A DNA stretch of 64,000 nt from Lingula anatina. Taxonomy: Eukaryota; Animalia; Brachiopoda. Within the stretch, counting starts at the first letter, position 1, and each line of letters opens with the position of its first letter. Location of the stretch: positions 124,001 to 188,000 of the forward strand of contig JBPQGU010000016.1 in assembly GCA_051362555.1 (NCBI GenBank), given 5' to 3'. Below, piece by piece: positions 62,971 through 64,000 of the stretch. The position numbers were made by a program, and so were the translations under genes. The notes beneath the pieces are model-generated. The model did not search any database and was not told the DNA's origin. It saw only the letters and a program-made list of their open reading frames with translations.

Positions 62971-64000
62971 AATGTCATAGTAAAACTGAAAACTTCATCA
63001 AACTTGAAAATGTGTCTGTTGATAAGTTCGGAAACTGTGTCACCTGATATGGCTGTGCGGGATTCGTGCATTTTAAAATATGAATTAATTTTTAAGTGAC
63101 ATTTTTAACCATAGTAGAGTGAGGACAGAAGACTGAATTTCAATACAACAATATACCATTCTTACAACCATTATTAAGTACTTACCAGTGATCTTTGTAT
63201 CTTGTATTCCACACTTGCCCTTATAATTATATCTGAAGACAAGTGTTTTTTGTCTTTTATGTGCAATTTTTGTAAAAAGGGCAATAATTTTTTAGTGAAA
63301 CTGGCATTCTTAACACTAGATGTATCATGCATGGACCAAGAGAAATGAGAAGAAAAGCTTATTTTGTAATGAAAGTAGTTTTGGCTTAAAGAATAAGCCA
63401 AACACTTTTGTTGCTGTTTTTTTTTTTTTTTTTTCTTTTTTTTTTTTGATATATTTTATTTCATCTCTTTATTGCTAGGAACAAATACTTACTGCAATGA
63501 ACAACATGTGATAGTGGTCTATGCTCATTTTAATAGAAGAAATTATTTGAAATATGGAGATAGTGTGTTTTCCATATATTTAATATTACTTAATTTTCTT
63601 CTTACATGGTTTATTTGTTTCCTATGTTATAATGTTGAAAGGGATTCCAATTAGCTACTGTTACTTACAATCAGAGTAATTAAGAGGACAGTATTATACA
63701 ATCATAGTTTACTGTAATAGATCAAATGGAATGAGTGCCATATAAGCTCACAGAAACGACAAGAACAATATTAATTTCTCGACAGTAATTGTCTCCGTTT
63801 ATCATTAAGCTTTTATTTATAAATTAGTTGTCATTATATTTCGTAGGCTGCTCTATTTAATTTTTCCTTTTTAGAATGTTTTTGATATTTTTCAGATATT
63901 ACCTGGCATAATCATTGCAGAATATCGAGTTTTCAATTTGTTCCAACTAATGGGAGTTTCAACATTTAAGATATTTGTCATTTGAAATATTTGAAGCATC

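Overview
AT-rich, intron-rich animal genomic DNA; the repeat types suggest a lophotrochozoan invertebrate, but that is inference. Most of the window is one + strand gene that I reconstructed by hand as 33 phase-compatible coding exons (8982..57677, 11244 nt, about 3747 aa). It is HELZ2-like: TPR repeats, ZC3H7-type CCCH and C2H2 zinc fingers, SF1 helicase 1, an RNB (RNase II) nuclease, then SF1 helicase 2. Its 115-aa leader ends in a perfect 2A/StopGo ribosome-skipping motif (LLLLVAGDVEANPG|P, motif at 21086-21112). That motif lies in a small exon the ORF track misses. About 400 bp downstream, six exons encode ZU5-UPA-(Q/N/G-rich)-death-domain-like-CARD. A GC-AG donor at 57670 could join them in frame to the helicase, giving about 4636 aa. 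A - strand gene appears to share a bidirectional promoter carrying IRF, kB, CRE and ETS-like sites. The introns hold nested Helentron-like (HINE) elements with 161-bp and 145-bp arrays, an ISL2EU-type THAP/YqaJ element, a hAT-like element, MITEs, a LINE tail and minisatellites. All splice models come from reading the sequence, not from transcripts.
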